Assembly (NCBI GenBank): GCA_014143165.1
Contig: GCA_014143165.1_4843.1
DNA from: a phage
Length of the DNA: 45,838 nucleotides
Strand: one strand, 5' to 3'
Part shown: one piece after another, positions 45,170 through 45,838 of the stretch
How positions within the stretch are numbered: position 1 is the stretch's first letter
How the letters are laid out: each line of letters begins with the position of its first letter
Notes under the pieces: generated by a model
Databases searched by the model: none
What the model was told of the DNA's origin: nothing
The model's input: only the letters and a program-made list of their open reading frames with translations
Translations under genes and position numbers: made by a program

Positions 45170-45838
45170 TTACTTCTGTTCAAGAGCAGAAAGTCTGGCT
45201 TCGATTCTTTCCAGTTTTCTTCGCTGATAAGCAGCTTCAGCAAAGAAAATTCCGTCAGGCCGAACACCCCATTCCTCACCCTCTTCGTGAATAACCACCT
45301 CGGTGTATACAGGTTCTTCCGTGGTAGTGACATTACCCTCATCGTCAGTGTGTTCAACGATTTCATTGTGCGAAAATACCATATCGGTAAACCGTGGATA
45401 CTTGTCATAGCACAGAACGGCATAACGACAATCCGTACTGTTTTCGTCCATCAGACCATGTGCAATGAATACATCACGAATTTGCTGAGCAATAACCCCG
45501 AAGTGAATACGAGCATCATTGCCTTTCAGTTGAACAGCATCTAACCACTGGTACATGATGTAGTGAACGTCACCCCAGGCATCCAGGAAAGCATCATCAA
45601 AAACTACCGGCTCTGTCTTTAATGTTCCGTCACTGGTAACCACAGGATTGGAGCCAAGATAAACTGTCGAGAACCTGTTTCTCGGACCACCAAGAGCATT
45701 TACATTATCACGATAAGGTTTAACATCTCCGTTCTCAAAAAGATGTTCGAGTGCGTTATATACCGCGCGACGTGGAGTACTGCTTCCGGAACCATGCAAC
45801 GTTATCATTGCACCATCTGCTGAAGACGTTGTTTCACC
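45170..45838 (-). CDS. Tail fibre / tailspike C-terminal end with intramolecular chaperone (peptidase S74-like) domain (partial)
   Basis: The reading frame is open to the window end, so the first Met of the track ORF is not the true start. RFSTVYLGS.PVVTSDG..K ... ARIHFGVIAQQIRDVF..HGL.......YAVLCYDKY ... a terminal coiled coil ending ..RLSALEQK is the pattern of endosialidase / L-shaped-fibre auto-cleaving chaperone domains. Confidence 0.75.
   Translation of the reverse strand, partial: GETTSSADGAMITLHGSGSSTPRRAVYNALEHLFENGDVKPYRDNVNALGGPRNRFSTVYLGSNPVVTSDGTLKTEPVVFDDAFLDAWGDVHYIMYQWLDAVQLKGNDARIHFGVIAQQIRDVFIAHGLMDENSTDCRYAVLCYDKYPRFTDMVFSHNEIVEHTDDEGNVTTTEEPVYTEVVIHEEGEEWGVRPDGIFFAEAAYQRRKLERIEARLSALEQK

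Noticed and set aside
45002-45544. 180-aa plus-strand ORF
   Set aside because: It is mostly antisense to the well-supported S74-chaperone tail-fibre end. Its first part is the SSB-tail region read in the wrong frame, giving an Asn/Gln-rich string. It also crosses a strong bidirectional terminator.

Overview
The window reads as a nearly complete genome of a tailed dsDNA phage of enterobacteria. It has a lambda-like siphovirus tail module, a PBSX-type large terminase, and no phage DNA polymerase.

Minus-strand late genes, right to left:
- TerS 33264-32845, TerL 32716-31292, portal 29796-28384, SPP1-gp7/MuF-like head morphogenesis protein 28403-27453.
- Scaffold/protease 19075-17789, decoration-like protein, and major capsid protein 17319-16249.
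- Head-tail connector genes 11337-9636, major tail protein 9078-8362, chaperone, tape measure 6979-4604, then M/L/K/J-like tip genes down to 803.
- A tailspike gene starts at 763 and runs off the left edge. The C-terminal S74 chaperone end of a tail-fibre gene enters from the right edge.

The late operon is broken repeatedly by self-contained cassettes, each with its own promoter and a hairpin terminator:
- 7736-8360: Imm-like membrane protein and a DUF551 protein.
- 9130-9640: no protein cargo; this looks like a structured RNA.
- 12242-15119: ParB-like protein, C5 methyltransferase and a truncated DnaN-like protein.
- 19113-20542: a homing-endonuclease-like gene.
- 22881-24376: an HNH endonuclease plus small genes.
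- 25907-27474: hypothetical genes.
- 24376-25863: a lysis cassette with endolysin, holin-like protein, nested Rz/Rz1 and a DUF1353 protein.
- 29859-31275: a six-gene island between TerL and portal.

A leftward early operon runs from 36038 down to 33341. The rightward replication and recombination operon starts after an iteron-rich putative origin (36253-36480). It encodes a primase-polymerase/SF3 helicase, a Cro/YdaS-like HTH protein (minus strand), a Sak4-like ATPase, Gp157, a DUF669-type SSB-like protein, a SF2 helicase and a VRR-NUC nuclease.

I could recognise no integrase, CI-type repressor, tRNA or CRISPR array.

Most interesting observations:
1. A promoter-to-terminator, hairpin-dense non-coding unit of about 0.47 kb sits in the tail operon.
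2. A 179-aa DnaN-derived protein keeps the clamp-binding-pocket segments but lacks the ring-forming parts.
3. An SSB C-terminal tail (PPMDFDDSIPF) is encoded in frame directly after the TAG stop of the VRR-NUC gene.
4. A putative origin carries inverted iterons.
5. A 10-bp motif, G-R-Y-GTAGATT, recurs in the intergenic promoter regions I inspected.

All protein family calls come from motif recognition by eye. No database search was run.
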